Shown here: positions 1 through 12,842 of the stretch, in pieces | Numbering within the stretch: position 1 is the stretch's first letter | How the letters are laid out: each line of letters begins with the position of its first letter | Source of the DNA: Octopus sinensis | Lineage: Eukaryota | Direction of reading: 5' to 3' | Assembly (NCBI RefSeq): GCF_006345805.1 | Contig: NC_043014.1 | Coordinates: 14,756,001 to 14,820,000, forward strand | Length of the DNA stretch: 64,000 bases | Made by a program: the position numbers and the translations under genes | The notes under the pieces: generated by a model | Seen by the model: only the letters and a program-made list of their open reading frames with translations | Database searches by the model: none | Told to the model about the DNA's origin: nothing

Positions 1-2013
1 GTGTGACACTTGTGTAGACCTGTTGAGGCAAGTGAAAATCAAATCAAATCAAATCAAACCAAATCAAAATAGATGAACATCAATGGAATTTGTATCTTTG
101 TGGTACCAGTACCGGTGGCACACAAGAAAACCATCCGAACGTGGCCGTAGCCAGTACCGCATCGACTGGCCTCCGTGCTGTGGGCACAACAAACACCATC
201 TGATCGTGGCCGTTCGCCAGCCTCATCTGGCACCTGTGTCGGTGGCACATAAAAACACCATCCGAAGACCGGCGACGTAGTCAGTCCACCTGTGCATACC
301 TTCCCTCTTATGACACTTGTGAAGACCTGTTGAGGCAAGTGTGTGACACTTGTGAAGACCTGTTGAGGCAGAGGCAAGTGTGTGACACTTTGTGAAGACC
401 TGTTGAGGCAGAGGCAAGTGTGTGACACTTGTGGAGACCTGTTGAGGCAAGTGTGTGACACGTGTGACACTTGTGAAGACCTGTTGAGGCAAGTGAAAAT
501 CAAACCAAATCAAAATAGATGAACATCAATGGAATTTGTATCTTTGTGGTTACAGTACCGGTGGCACACAAGAAAACCATCCGAACGTGGCCGTAGCCAG
601 TACCGCATCGACTGGCCTCCGTGCTGTGGGCACAACAAACACCATCTGATCGTGGCCGTTCGCCAGCCTCATCTGGCACCTGCGTCGGTGGCACATAAAA
701 ACACCATCCGAAGAACCGGCGACGTAGTCAGTCCACCTGTGCATACCTTCCTACTTATGACACTTGTGAAGACCTGTTGAGGCAAGTGTGTGACACTTGT
801 GTAGACCTGTTGAGGCAAGTGAAAATCAAATCAAATCAATCAAACCAAATCAAAATAGATGAACATCAATGGAATTTGTATCTTTGTGGTACCAGTACCG
901 GTGGCACACAAGAAAACCATCCGAACGTGGCCGTAGCCAGTACCGCATCAACTGGCCTCTGTGATGTGGGCACATAACAAACACCATCCGATCGTGGCCG
1001 TCCGCCAGCCTCATCTGGCACCTGTGTCGGTGGCACATAAAAACACCAACCGAAGACCCGGCAAGACTAGTCAGGCCATAACCCGTGGCCCCTACTTGGG
1101 ATGTAGTCAGTCCACCTGTGCATACCTTCCTTCCTTCTTGTGACACTTGTGAAGACCTGTGAAGACCTGTTGAGGCAAGTGAAAATCAAATCAAATCAAA
1201 TCAAAATAGATGAACATCAATGGAATTTTATCTTTGTGGTACCAGTGCCGGTGGCACACAAGAAAACCATCCGAACGTGGCCGTAGCCAGTACCGCATCG
1301 ACTGGCCTCCGTGCTGTGGGCACGTAAAAACACCATCCGATCGTGGCCGTTTGCCAGCCTCATCTGGCACCTGTGTCGGTGGCACATAAAAAGACCATCC
1401 GAAGACCCGGCAAGACTAGTCAGGCCATAACCCGTGGCCCCTACCTGGGACGTAGTCAGTCCACCTGTGCATACCTTCCTTCTTGTGACACTTGTGAAGA
1501 CCTGTTGAGGCAAGTGAAAATCAAATCAAAACAAATCAAAATAGATGAACATCAATGGAATTTGTATTTTGTGGTACCAGTGCCGGTGGCACACAAGAAA
1601 ATCATCCGAACGTGGCCGTAGCCAGTACCGCAGACTGGCCTCCGTGCTTTGGGGACGTAACAAACACCATCCGATCGTGGCCGTCCGCCAGCCTCATCTG
1701 GCACCTGTGTCGGTGGCACATAAAAACACCATCCGAGCGTGGCCGTCTGCCAGCCTCGTCTGGCACCTGTGTCGGTGGCACATAAAAACACCATCCGAGC
1801 GTGGCCGTTCGCCAGCCTCGTCTTGCACCTGTGTTGGTGGCACATAAAATCACCCACTACACTCTCGGAGTGGTTGGCGTTAGGAAGGGCATCCAGCTGT
1901 AGAAACACTGCCAGATCTGACTGGCCTGGTGCAGCCTTCGGGCTCCCCAGACCCCAGTTGAACCGTCCAACCCATGCTAGCATGGAAAACGGACGCTAAA
2001 TGATGATGATGAT
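1..2013 (+). repeat. Composite tandem array (~335-446-bp units with 21-32-bp and 61-bp subrepeats) ending in a (GAT)n-tailed retroelement 3' end; runs off the window start
   Basis: The anchor AAAATAGATGAACATCAATGG recurs at 66, 512, 852, 1203 and 1538. Terminal ...CCATGCTAGCATGGAAAACGGACGCTAAATGATGATGATGAT. Confidence 0.9.
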
Positions 2014-2014
2014 A

Positions 2015-2270
2015 TCACGTGGCCGACCAGACCATCAGATGTTGTTACACATCGCTGGTCACAATGTGTTCGCATTGTTTTAGCCTTCGAATGACGCCAC
2101 CCCGCTGCCTAAGCGAGCAGGCCAACAGACGAAAGAGTACAGCAGGGATCACCATCCCCTGCCGGAGCGTCGTGGAGCTTTTATAAACACACACAACGCC
2201 CGGTCTGGGAATCGAAACCGCGATCCTATGACCGCGAGTCCGCTGCCCTAACCACTGGGCCATTGCACCT
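2015..2270 (-). mobile_element. tRNA-derived SINE (related copies ~28472-28765 + and ~57800-58090 -)
   Basis: Minus-strand head GGTGCAATGGCCCAGTGGTTAGGGCAGCGG...GGTTTCGATTCCC, with A/B boxes. Confidence 0.75.
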
Positions 2271-2769
2271 TCATATATATATATATATATATATAATAAC
2301 AAATTAATAAATAAAACATATGCATATATACATACATATATGTACGTACCTACATCTACATGTATATATACATGCATATATGGGTACAGGACACCAAAAG
2401 AAACGTCGAACACAATGGAAAACGAAAACATAAACACAAAACCAAGGAAATGGACATTTTTCTTAAACAACGAAAAAATAGCGTACAGGACATACAACAC
2501 AAGGAAAATTCCCCTTCTTCAGCCGCCTCTGTTTCATCTAATCCGCGTTCGAAGATGTACAGAATAATCTGAGATAAATCACGAGAAACTGAAGAAGCAA
2601 CCTTAATGGATCTCAGATTCAAAATCTCATAATATCTGCTCCTTTTACTGATGTTTAAAAAACAATTTATACACTGCTCCAACTAAGTTACGTTTTAGTT
2701 GACTGGCAAAGAGAATAACATACCATATAATGTCTTTCTTGTCCAAAACTAAATATATATATATATATA

Positions 2770-3205
2770 GGCGCAGGAGTGGCTGTGGTAAGTAGCTTAC
2801 TTACTAACCACATGGTTCCGGGTTCAGTCTCACTGCGTAGCACCTTAGGCAAGTGTCTTCTACTATAGCCACGGGCCAACCAAAGCCTTGTGAGCGGATT
2901 TGGTAGACGGAAAATGAAAGAAGCCCGTCGTATATATGTGTGTATATATACACATATGTATGTGTGTGTGTGTGTGTGTGCGTGTGTGTGTATGTTTGTG
3001 TGTCTTTGTTTGTCACCACAAACATTGCTTGACAGCCGATGGTGGTGTGTTTACGTCCCCGTAACTTAGCGGTTCAGCAAAAGAGACCGATAGAATAAGT
3101 ACTAGGCTTACAAAGAATAAGTCCTGGGGTCGATTTGCTCGACTAAAGGCGGTGCTCTAGCATGGCCGCAGTCAAATCACTGAAACAAGTAAAAGAGTAA
3201 AAGAG
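2770..3205 (+). mobile_element. tRNA-derived SINE family A (~420 bp, central (TA)/(TG) tract, AAAAGAG tail)
   Basis: Head GGCGCAGGAGTGGCTGTGTGGTAAG...GGTTCAGTCCC. Further copies near 11338, 14725, 17187, 19188(-), 19697, 20205(-), 26955(-), 41560(-), 47419(-), 54797, 59982(-), 60910(-). Confidence 0.88.
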
Positions 3206-4649
3206 TATATGTGTATCATAAATTTATTTCTAATATAGGATAAAAATTTTTCAGAAATTTAACGAAGTAGCCAGCATATTAAAATACCTTTAAATTGAAA
3301 ATTATTTATTTATAATATGTATATAAATGTGTATGTATATATGTGTGTGTTTTCCCCCTCACCATCGCTTGACAACCGATGTTGGTTTGTTTATATCCCT
3401 GTATCTTAGCAGCTCAGCAAAAGATACTGATAGAATATGTACTAGGCCAACAAAGGATAAGTTCTGGGATCAATTTGTTCAACTTAAAGGTGATGCTCCA
3501 GCATGGCTGCATTCAAATGGCTGAGTAGTAGTAGTAGTAGATAACAGCAGGAACTAATAGTAGTAGTAGCAGCAGTGGTGGTGGTGGTGGTGGTGGTGGT
3601 GGTGGTGGTGGTGGTGGTAGTGGGAGTAAGAGGAGAAGAAAGAGAAGCAGCAGTGAGAGATAAAAGAGGAAAAGAGTAATGGGAGGGAAAGAGAGAGACA
3701 GTGTGGAGTGAGAAGAAGTAAAAAAAAAAAGGGAAAACACAAAAACAAAAGATTAAAAAATAAAAATAATTTACCAGCTTTGAAGTGTGGCAATGCTGGA
3801 GCAACCTCCTACTAAAGTTTCAGCCAATTAAATCAACCCTCAGTACTTACAAAGGTAGTACATTTTATAGATCTCTGTTTATTGAATGGCTAAGTCCATC
3901 TTTGGGAGAAACATAATACTCATATATTACCTGTGCTGGTGGCATGTAAAATGCACCATCCGCATGTGGCCGATGCCAGCACCGCCTTGATTGGCTTCTG
4001 CGCCGGTGGCACGTAAAAAGCACCAACCATTTGTGGCCGTTGCAAGCCTACCCTGGCACCTGTGCCAGTGGCATGTAAAAAGCACCCACTACACTCATGA
4101 AGTGGTTGGTGTTAGGAAGGGCATCCAGCTGTAGAAACACTGCCAGATCAGACTGGAACCTGGTACAGCCTCTTGGTTCCCAGACCCTGGTCGAGCCATC
4201 CAACCCATGCTAGCATGGAAAACGGACATTAAACGATGATGATGATGATGACGACGACATCTAAAAAACATGAAGTAATTCTGTTTGATGCAGCCATCTA
4301 CCTCTTACGTTGAATTGTTAATGAAATTGAATATTAATTATTTAGCTTGCAAGTCAACTTTGCCTTTCATCTATCAGGTTGGTAGGGGGGGGGGCGATAA
4401 AATAAGTACCAGTTCAGCATTGTGGGGAGAGAGTCGATGTAGTTGACTGATCACTGCCCCTAAAATTTCAGGCCCTGTGCCTTTAGTAGAAGGAATGTGG
4501 AGCTTTGTCAAACACCTGCTGTCACATGGACTGATCCGGTTATCAGCTGAGTCCATTGTCAAGATCACCTTCTTTTAGTCAACAGTTTTCCTCCGTCTGG
4601 TGGCTATGGCAAAGGAAGAACTGCTGCCCACCAGTATTTTTGTTCAAAG

Positions 4650-5160
4650 GATGGGTGAATGTGGCAAGGATGGCCCATGTCAATGGGGTTACTCTGAACA
4701 TTTGCTTGTAAACTGGAAGAGTTGAGGGGAGAAGCACCTGCTGTGGTGTACCTCACATCAAGATAAATAGTGCATGATCTTGCAGGTGGAGCCGAGTTAG
4801 AATTTTTCTCAGGTTGAGTAGCTTATTCCATTCAAGAAGTCTCTGAATAGGGGTTGTTTAAGGGTCATAAACAAAATACTCATTTTTACAAGGGTGAACT
4901 ATTTAAACCCCAAAGAATCCATCTCAACACATGGCTATGATTCTCCCCCACCACTCCTGCACATTCAGAGATGTACATGTTGTCAACCACTAAGGGACAT
5001 GCACAACTGGTTAAGGTCAAATAAGTGACAAGGAAATCTGCAGTACTGAGCAGAATATCATGACAAAACATGTACATGATAACACTTCCAATCAGTTAAG
5101 ATCTGAAGCCATAAGAACCACTGCCTGGTATTGCATCTGAGCACTTATTATCATTGATGT
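4650..5160 (+). repeat. Dispersed repeat, second copy at ~58520-58960
   Basis: Shared CTTGCAGGTGG..AGTTAGAATTTT.TCAGGTTGAGTAGC...CTCAACACATGGCTATGAT..TCCCCCAC block. Confidence 0.7.
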
Positions 5161-6121
5161 GAATCAAGTTCATTCTTATTTCTGGAAGTATGTGTAACAT
5201 TGGATATCCACAAGCTTTCTAAAGTCTTTCAAGTGCTTAAAACCCTCATGATAATTTTTCCTGTCCCTAAGAAGGCAAGAAGCTCTACAGGACATTCTAT
5301 TCCAACTTCCTTCAATCAATACTCTATACATTTACCCACAGTTCTTAATGCACCAATTATTAAAGGCACAACCTTTACAGTTTACACACTCCAAATTCTT
5401 GCAATTTCAAACTACTACTACTACTACTACAACTAGTACTACTACCATTACTACTACTGTTGGTATTAACTCTGAATATTACAGGAATCTGTATATGTAT
5501 AAGCTTTACACTTTTTCTAGTGTTTTTGCCCTAAAAAGGATATATTCACTTAGCTTTCCATGGTAACTTTGTCATAAAGCTGACATATATAATTGGAAAA
5601 AAACATTTTCTGTTAGAAACGCCTCCGAAAGAGGGTGTTTCCAAAGAGGAAATCTGCCAGTTTTGTAAAAAAAATTCTTTTCTATTTAAAAAGAAATTAA
5701 TGACAAAGAAAGTCCATCATTTTTATTCACAGTGGAAGGAGATAAGAAACAGCAATTTTGCGAACAGTGTGATAGTCATGATAACAAAAGACTTTGACAT
5801 GATTGCAACAACAGCTTCTATTGTTACGTTGACATTATTACAGGATAACAAAGGCAATACTGGCAACTGTAGTAGCAACAGCGACAATAACAACAGCAAC
5901 GATGATGATGAGGAAACTATAATGACAGGCATATCTTTTGCCACATCATGAACCAGTTAAAAATACACATGCTCAAAGGAAAGTCAGAAACAGCTAAAAC
6001 TTAACAGGAGTGATAATGTATTGTCTGAGATGATGTCATTTTCTGTTGAAGAACATTTTCATTGAAGAATATTCTCCACAAGTGTATAAGTCAGAGTGAC
6101 AGAAAGTTCCAGCACACGGAA

Positions 6122-6785
6122 AGGCGGCAACCTGGCAGAATTGTTAGCACGCCAGGCAAAATACTTAGCGGTATTTCATCTGCCGCTGCGTTTTGAGTTC
6201 AAATTCCGCTGAGGTCGACTTTGCCTTTCATCCTTTCGGGGTCTATTAAATAAGTACCAGTTACGCACTGGAGTCGATATAATCGACTTAATCCATTTGT
6301 CTGTTCTTGTTTGTTCTCTCTGTGTTTAGCCCCTTGTAGGTAGTAAAGAAATAAGTATTTCATCTACCATTATGTTCTGAGCTCAAATTCCGCCGTGGTT
6401 GACTTTGCCTTTCATCCTTTCAGGGTTGATAAATATATATTTCTTTACTGCCCACAAGGGGCTAAACATAGAAGGGACGAACAAGGACAGACAAAGGGAT
6501 TAAGTCGATTACATTGACCCCAGTGCGTAACTGGTACTTAATTTATCGACCCCGAAAGGATGAAAGGCAAAGTCGACCTCGGCGGATTTTGAACCCAGAA
6601 CACTTAACGGCAGACGAAATACGGCTAAGCATTTCGCCTGGCGTGCTAACGTTTCTGCCAGCTCGCCGCCCTTGATAAATATAAACCAGTTACGCACTGG
6701 GGTTGATGTAATCGACTTAATCCTTTTGTCTGTCCTTGTTTCTCCCCTCTATGTTTAGCCCCTTGTGGGCAATAAAGAAATAAGA
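6122..6785. mobile_element. Nested cluster of SINE family B (GGCGGCGAGCTGGCAGAA...GAGTTCAAATTCC...TAAAGAAATAAG)
   Basis: + copy at 6122-6355, partial + copy, - copy at ~6437-6672 inserted into it, and the remainder at ~6675-6785. Other copies at 26.3-26.95, 38.4, 42.9-43.2, 44.6-45.0, 52.4-52.8 and 55.8-56.2 kb. Confidence 0.82.
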
Positions 6786-7977
6786 AAGTTCCAGTACACA
6801 TCTCTTGCTGAGATCGAGAAATGTCCCAAAGAAGTTTGATCTTCTTTATTGCTAATCATCGTCCAGTTTTCTATGTTTGCTTACATTGGTTGGACAGAGT
6901 ATAGCAAGGCTGATTTTCTATGGTCAGATGCCCTTCCTGTTACCAACTCTAACCCGTTTCCAACTAAGGTGATATTTCCCCATGGCCAGACATGTTTTTG
7001 CAGAGTATTGGAAACAAATGACATTGCATCATCAGGTTAAATAATACCATGTAGTGCCAGCCACCTCAGTCTTCCTTGTTCTCCCCTTATATATTTAATG
7101 TACTTTAAGTCTGTCCAGTTCTTCATCTTATCCATCCGTCTAATTCTTGATCTTCCTCTTCTTCATTTCCTATTCAGTTTTCTTTCTAATAATTGACCGA
7201 AGGTGTGTGACTTAGTGGTCAGGGCAATTGGCTCATGGTTGTAAGGTTGTGAGTTTGATTCCTAATAAGGAGTGGTTGGAGATCATGCAGTCGTTAGCCT
7301 CAACTCGCTAGGCCTGGTTGGCATTTGTGGGAGATGCAGTATTGAGGATGAATGAAGCCAGCTCAACCCACCCCGGGTGAGTGCTGTCTCAAGTCAGGTC
7401 AAGTGTTTGATTCCTGGCAGCAAAAATGAGTCGTATTTGTAATTCAAAGGGCCAGCCTTGTCACATTCCATGTTACGCCGAATCTCCCTGAGAAATACAT
7501 TAAGGGGACACCTGTCTGTGGATTTAATTTCATAAGCAGGCTGTTCCGTTGATTGGATCAAATAAAACCTTCACTGTCATAAGTGACAGAGTGACAGTTA
7601 ACTGACTCTAAAGTCCATCGTTTGATTTTTCCTTTCCTAATTATGTACAATGTCTGATTAAAAAGTATGGGGGCTGTTGCCATGGTAATGGAGCTAATAT
7701 ATGCAGAGTGGAGCTGCTTGGCATGAATTGATCTTGAACTCAGCTGTGTATGCACACTAATTTGTAATATTCTCGCTTGATTCCATTGTTTATAGCATTG
7801 CTTGGAAGTAAAGTGTGTAGCGTGTGGTCATCTTGAAAAGAAGCTGCACAGGGGATATCCTTGATTGTGTCAACGAATGAGAAAACTTTTAGAAAACGGT
7901 CATGAGAGGTGATGAATTTTGGGTCTATGGGTATGGCCCTGAAATCAAGGATCAATGACCCGCCAACAAGATTCTAA

Positions 7978-8190
7978 GATGTTGAGGAAATGGAGGAGAA
8001 TGTGATGAGACAGCTGCTCGCTATCCTAAAAATGGAATTTCAGGAATGGTTTCATCAAAGGAAATGGAGCAGGATGAAGTGTGTGACTTCAAAATAGGAT
8101 TACTTCGAAGGAGATTAAATGCTAAATTGACATGTGTTGTAGCTTTCTTTTTATAGTACCAGATCTGATATTTTTTGATAGGATCTCATA
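7978..8190 (+). mobile_element. Mariner 3' end (transposase C-terminus plus TIR-like end), ~30 bp from the 8227 donor
   Basis: DVEEMEENVMRQLLAILKMEFQEWF...KCVTSK*DYFEGD*, then ...TTTTTTGATAGGATCTCATA. Confidence 0.72.
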
Positions 8191-8226
8191 TCTAAAATGT
8201 TAGAAAATAATATAAAAGACACTCAC

Positions 8227-8335
8227 TCTCTTTTGGTTTAGCAATCAACGCTTCAAAGGCTCTAGCTGAAGTGATCATCATTGGTTTCTGTGACATTATC
8301 ATCTGTTGGTCAATGGTATTATAGAAGTGAGCAAC
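8227..8335 (-). CDS. DYNC2H1: Dynein-2 heavy chain exon (109 nt, phase 0/1): VAHFYNTIDQQMIMSQKPMMITSARAFEALIAKPKE
   Basis: Not in the ORF track. Matches VAHFYNSIDQQMIQSQRPMML. Acceptor ttgttctcaacag, donor A/gtgagt. Confidence 0.94.
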
Positions 8336-9173
8336 CTGTTGAGAACAAGATAAAGAAATAAACAACTATAGAATTAAAAGAGATGTAGAATGATGACAAT
8401 CCTACATACACATAAACACATGCATCATCATCATCATCAACATCACTGTTGTCACCATTCTCTTAATTTCAGATTCTCCAGTAAAATGAAATGCTTATTT
8501 ATTTACAATGTTTTGACTTAATCATGCTTTATCTTGTAGCTTTCAGATTTCGATGATGACACTGTAGGGTAAGTGTTAGAGGCTGAATCAAGTCATCATC
8601 ATCATAATCATTGTTTAATGTCCGTTTTCCATGCTGGCATGGGTTGGACGGTTCGACCGGGGTCTGGGAAGCCAGGAGGCTGCTTCAGGCTCCAGTCTAA
8701 TCTGGCAGAGTTTCTACAGCTGGAGGCCCTTCCTAACGCCAACCACTCCATGAGTGTAGTGGGTGCTTTTTATGTGCCACCAGCACAAGTGCCAGGGCAG
8801 GCTGGTTAACAGCCATGATCAGTTGGTGCTTTTTTACAAGGGGCCAGAGGAGGCTGGCTAACGGCCATGATCGGTTGGTGCTTTTTATGTGTCACCAACA
8901 CGGATGCTAGTCAGGTGGCACTGGCATCAGCCATGTTCGGATGGTGCTTTTTACGTGCCACGAGCACAGGTATCTTAACTGCAATTTCCATTTGATTTTT
9001 ATTTTGATGTTGGTGTTGAGGCACTTGACTCAATAGGTCTGCTCAAGCACAGTGGGTCACTCTACGATCCAAGGTTAGCATAGCAGACCGTCCTGCAAGC
9101 CATGGACTGTGTGAGAATAAAACAGGTAGAATATTTGGGCCAGATATGGCCAGTTTAAATGTTAAAGGGTTAA

Positions 9174-9394
9174 CCCTTTTGTTACTGTATATATTTTGAA
9201 TGCTCGGTGTTTCTTTAAATTACTTTAAATATAACAAAGAATTTAGTAAAATAACTTAGTTATCATTCAGCTAGTGTTGGGAACATAAATTGTGACTAAG
9301 GTTTGGTGGAAGATTTTAATTCAAAACTTATGAAAATAAGACATTTGTAATACAGAGTCAAAGGCGATTTCAGTCGGGTTGGTAACGAAAGGGT
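9174..9394. mobile_element. 221-bp piggyBac-type MITE
   Basis: Same internal sequence; flanks TTAA and TTAT. Confidence 0.85.
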
Positions 9395-9936
9395 TATGTC
9401 CACTTTTCCATGCTTGCATGGCTCAGATGGAGTTTATTGAGGCAGATTTTCTATGCCCGGATGCTCTTCCTGTTGCCAACTCTCACCTGTTTCCAGGCAA
9501 GGTAATATTTCCTTGTGGACGGAAGACTGGAAATGAACAACATAGCTTGTATGATGGTGACACTCATTTATGAATCCCAGATGATGCTAAGACAATGATG
9601 AGAAAACACACAAATGCAAGCAGAGGGATTCAAAGGAGATTTCTACAATCATTCTAGAATTCTATTTACTCAGATACTTCTAGAAACATTCATTCTCATA
9701 CTTCTTTGTAGTCACTTGTACAGATGACCTCGGGTGCAGTTTTGATATGTGTGTGTGTGGATGTAACACCCTAACAATTCTACACATGACAATTTGGCGC
9801 AATGACGATTCTCTTGGATCGTTCTTCTCAAGATATCACTAAATGTACCAGCCTTCTCACAAATATTTGAAAGCATCTGCTCCATTGCTGATACTGCTGG
9901 CTGTGGCACATGACAATGCTCCATAACATCTTCCCA

Positions 9937-10220
9937 GTAGAGGCGCATGGCCTAGTGGTTAGAGCAGCGGACTCGCAGTTGAGGGATTGCAGGTTCGAAT
10001 CTCAGACTGGGCGACATGTGTGTTTATGAGCGAAACGCCTAAGCTCCACAAGGCTCCGGCAGAACTTCTGCTGACTCTTTCGCCACAATTTTCTCTCACT
10101 CTTTCCGCCTGCATCTTGCAGCTCACCTGCGATGGACCGGTGTCCAGTCCAGGTGAGGAACCTATACGCCAAGGAAACCGGGAAACCGGCCCTATGAGCC
10201 AAGCATCGCTCAAGAAGGAA
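9937..10220 (+). mobile_element. tRNA-derived SINE family C with a 15-bp target-site duplication
   Basis: A box TGGCCTAGTGGTTAG, B box GGTTCGAATC. TSD CATAACATCTTCCCA at 9922-9936 and 10221-10235. Confidence 0.9.
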
Positions 10221-11876
10221 CATAACATCTTCCCATAAACTTCCAGTAACATGGATACAGCCTTTGCATTTTGTCTTCAGTACAATGCCGAGACACTTTT
10301 CCATTTTGAAGTTTTCTATCTAAACGATAGAAAAATCCATTTAATAAAATGCGCTTGTGCCCCTTCTCTGATCAAATCTGCTCTATAGGGCTCCTTTTTT
10401 TATTTTTAAATTAGCAAATGTTTGTAACCAAAAGGAATCCTAAAAAGGGAAAAATACCATCCTAAGTTTGGAAAATAACAGTAATGAAATGGTATAGTTG
10501 TATAAATGGAGAAAACAGTTTTGAGACAATTAACAATTGAAAACGCTACCACTTATTCAATAGTTATTAGTGTTAACAGTCTAAAACATTACAACTTATT
10601 CATGAAGTTGAAAAGTTTAGAAATTTTGAAAACAAAATGAATTAAATTAAATTTTATATATGCATAAACACGTGTTGAATTGTCATGTGCGGAATTATCG
10701 GTTCACACTGTGTGTGTGTGTTCATGTGTGTGTATGAATGCGTGCATGCTTGATTGTATGTGTGTGATGTGTCTATGTGCTCGTGTGTGAGTGTGTATGC
10801 CTACACAATCACACATGCACACAGGGAACAATGGAAAGGGGGGGAAGAGTTAGGGTCAGTGGTCAGTGAGAAAGGAATGGACAGAATTGTGAAAGGGATG
10901 AAGTGTGTTGAGTAGTGGGGACAAGGTCCAGAGCTATCTCACGTTACAAGGACACATACGGACGGAAGGTGTAAGAGGAAGGAACACAAAACAGGTGGCA
11001 AGGATCCAGAATGAGTCACTGAAGGAAATAAAAGTGTGTGTTGGGGACACGTAATGTAATTGATAAGATTTTTCATTCTGCAATACATATTTCATTTACT
11101 ATTCTTATTTATTTTTAATTTTTAAGTAAACAAGCTCTGAATTAAAGTGAAAAATTAACAGGCAAATTCAAAGCAATTTAACAGAAAAGAAGTTGGATTA
11201 TCTAAATAAATTTGAAGTAGAAATAAACAACTTTTATGAACAAGCGAAAATTCATAAATCTAAAGAAATCTATGATAACTTAAAAGACTTCCAACATCAT
11301 ATTTAAATATTCCCAAACAGATTTAAAATTAGGGTTAGGCATAGAAGTGGCTGCGTGGTAAGTAGCTTGCTTATGAACCACATGGTTCCGGGTTCAGTCC
11401 CACTGCGTGGCACCTTGGGCAAATGTCTTCTTCTATAGCCTCGGGCCGACCAATGCCTTATGAGTGGATTTGGTAGATGGAAACTGAAAGAAGCCCGTCG
11501 TATATATGTATATGTATATATATGTATTTTTATGTGTATATGTTTGTGTGTCTGTGTTTGTCCCCCCAACATTGCTTGACAACTGATGCTGGTGTGTTTA
11601 CGTCCCTGTAACTTAGTGGTTCGGCAAAAGAGACAGATAGAATAAGTACTGGGCTTACAAAGAATAAGTCCTGGGGTCGATTTGCTCAACTAAAAAAAGG
11701 TAGTGCTCCAGCATGGCCACAGTCAAATGACTGAAAAGAGTAAAAGAGTAAAGACTTAGGGAATTAAACTAAGGAATGTTTAAAAGTAAAAAAAAAAAAA
11801 AAGAAAAAAACTAACAAGCAAAAACCTGAGAGGAGTGGAATGAGTTGAAATTTTATATTTAATGACACACACTTAC

Positions 11877-12066
11877 TTGCTCCAAAACGATTCCATGCCT
11901 GTAGAATTTCTTAGCAGTTTTTGCTGTTTCTTGAATATTTCTTGGGATTGTAAACCCGAGTGCTGAGAGCATTCGAACTTCTCGCAGAAGAGTGACCAGC
12001 CTCTCGTCGTAGTTCACTTTCAGTTTGTCACTTTTCAGTTCCATGATACAGCTGTTTATAGAAAGG
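11877..12066 (-). CDS. DYNC2H1: Dynein-2 heavy chain exon (190 nt, phase 2/0): LSINSCIMELKSDKLKVNYDERLVTLLREVRMLSALGFTIP...IVLEQ
   Basis: Strong match to YSDRLVILLREVRQLSALGFVIP (DHC_N1 region). Acceptor ttatgtttcag, donor CAA/gtaagt. Confidence 0.95.
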
Positions 12067-12842
12067 CTGAAACATAAGAGACAGAGATACATCATCATCA
12101 TCACCATCACCACCACCACCATCACCATCATCATTATCACCATTATTGTCACCACTACCACCACAACTCAAAGCATCCCCATTCTCACCCCCCCCCAACC
12201 ATTGCTCTCATTATCCATCACCACTACCACTGCCATCATCATCATCATCATCATCATCATCACAATCATTATATCAGGTCATTAAGAATGAAATGTCCGA
12301 TTTTCTTATGCACCAAGTTTGACAGTCGTTAACTTTAATGTTTTAACCTGACAATTAATGGTGTCTGATTATAGTGTGAGTTTTCTCTTACAAATCAACT
12401 TTTGTGAACCCATAGATAGATCAAAAATTCATGTTATTAATGAATATGAGTTCTGTCTTGGAAGCAATGCATCCCAGACAGCTCCAAACATCAACGAGGT
12501 GTTTAGTGAAGATGTGACGAATGAGCGCACTGTACACCGGTCTGGTGTCTTTACTTTTGAAAATCAGTCCTGTGGTAGACCTGAGACCAAGGTGGATAAT
12601 GATGAGCTGGAAACTGTAGTGGAAGCGGATACATCTCAAACTATTTTCTCTCCCTTGATGAAGGGTCCTGTTAAAACTGTAATTTCATTTAATCCCACAA
12701 AAAAAGAGCACCAACATATTCATATCCTACTTCCGTTTTTAGCACATTAAATGACCCCTTCTGCACCCTACAAAATATTACAGGCTTTTTTAGTTAGAGC
12801 TCATATATAACTTAATGAATAACACAATCAATAGAGCAATAC

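Noticed and set aside
20-50. CTGTTGA-GGCAAGT-GAAA as a hammerhead core in the array unit
   Set aside because: A6 is absent, there is no credible stem II or III, and older relatives lack the GAAA.
1-1520. CRISPR-like pattern of 21-bp direct repeats (GAAGACCTGTTGAGGCAAGTG)
   Set aside because: The intervening sequences are themselves repeated and vary from ~10 to 300 bp; there are no cas genes and the context is eukaryotic.
54-1999. Many overlapping ORFs in the composite arrays (also at 23.5-24.8 and 34.0-35.4 kb)
   Set aside because: Open on both strands and in several frames because the repeat unit is stop-poor; unit lengths break frame and no domain is recognisable.
2356-2682. Overlapping short ORFs on both strands
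   Set aside because: No match to dynein or any recognisable family, and no consistent splice signals.
7740-7955. ORF with ...DTIKDIPCAASFQDD..., reminiscent of a reverse-transcriptase YxDD motif
   Set aside because: Too short and the flanking motifs are unconvincing; cannot be assigned without a search.
9937-10015. tRNA genes at SINE heads (also 13998, 41300, 51098)
   Set aside because: A/B boxes are present but there is no complete cloverleaf, and each continues into a repeat body or has TSDs.
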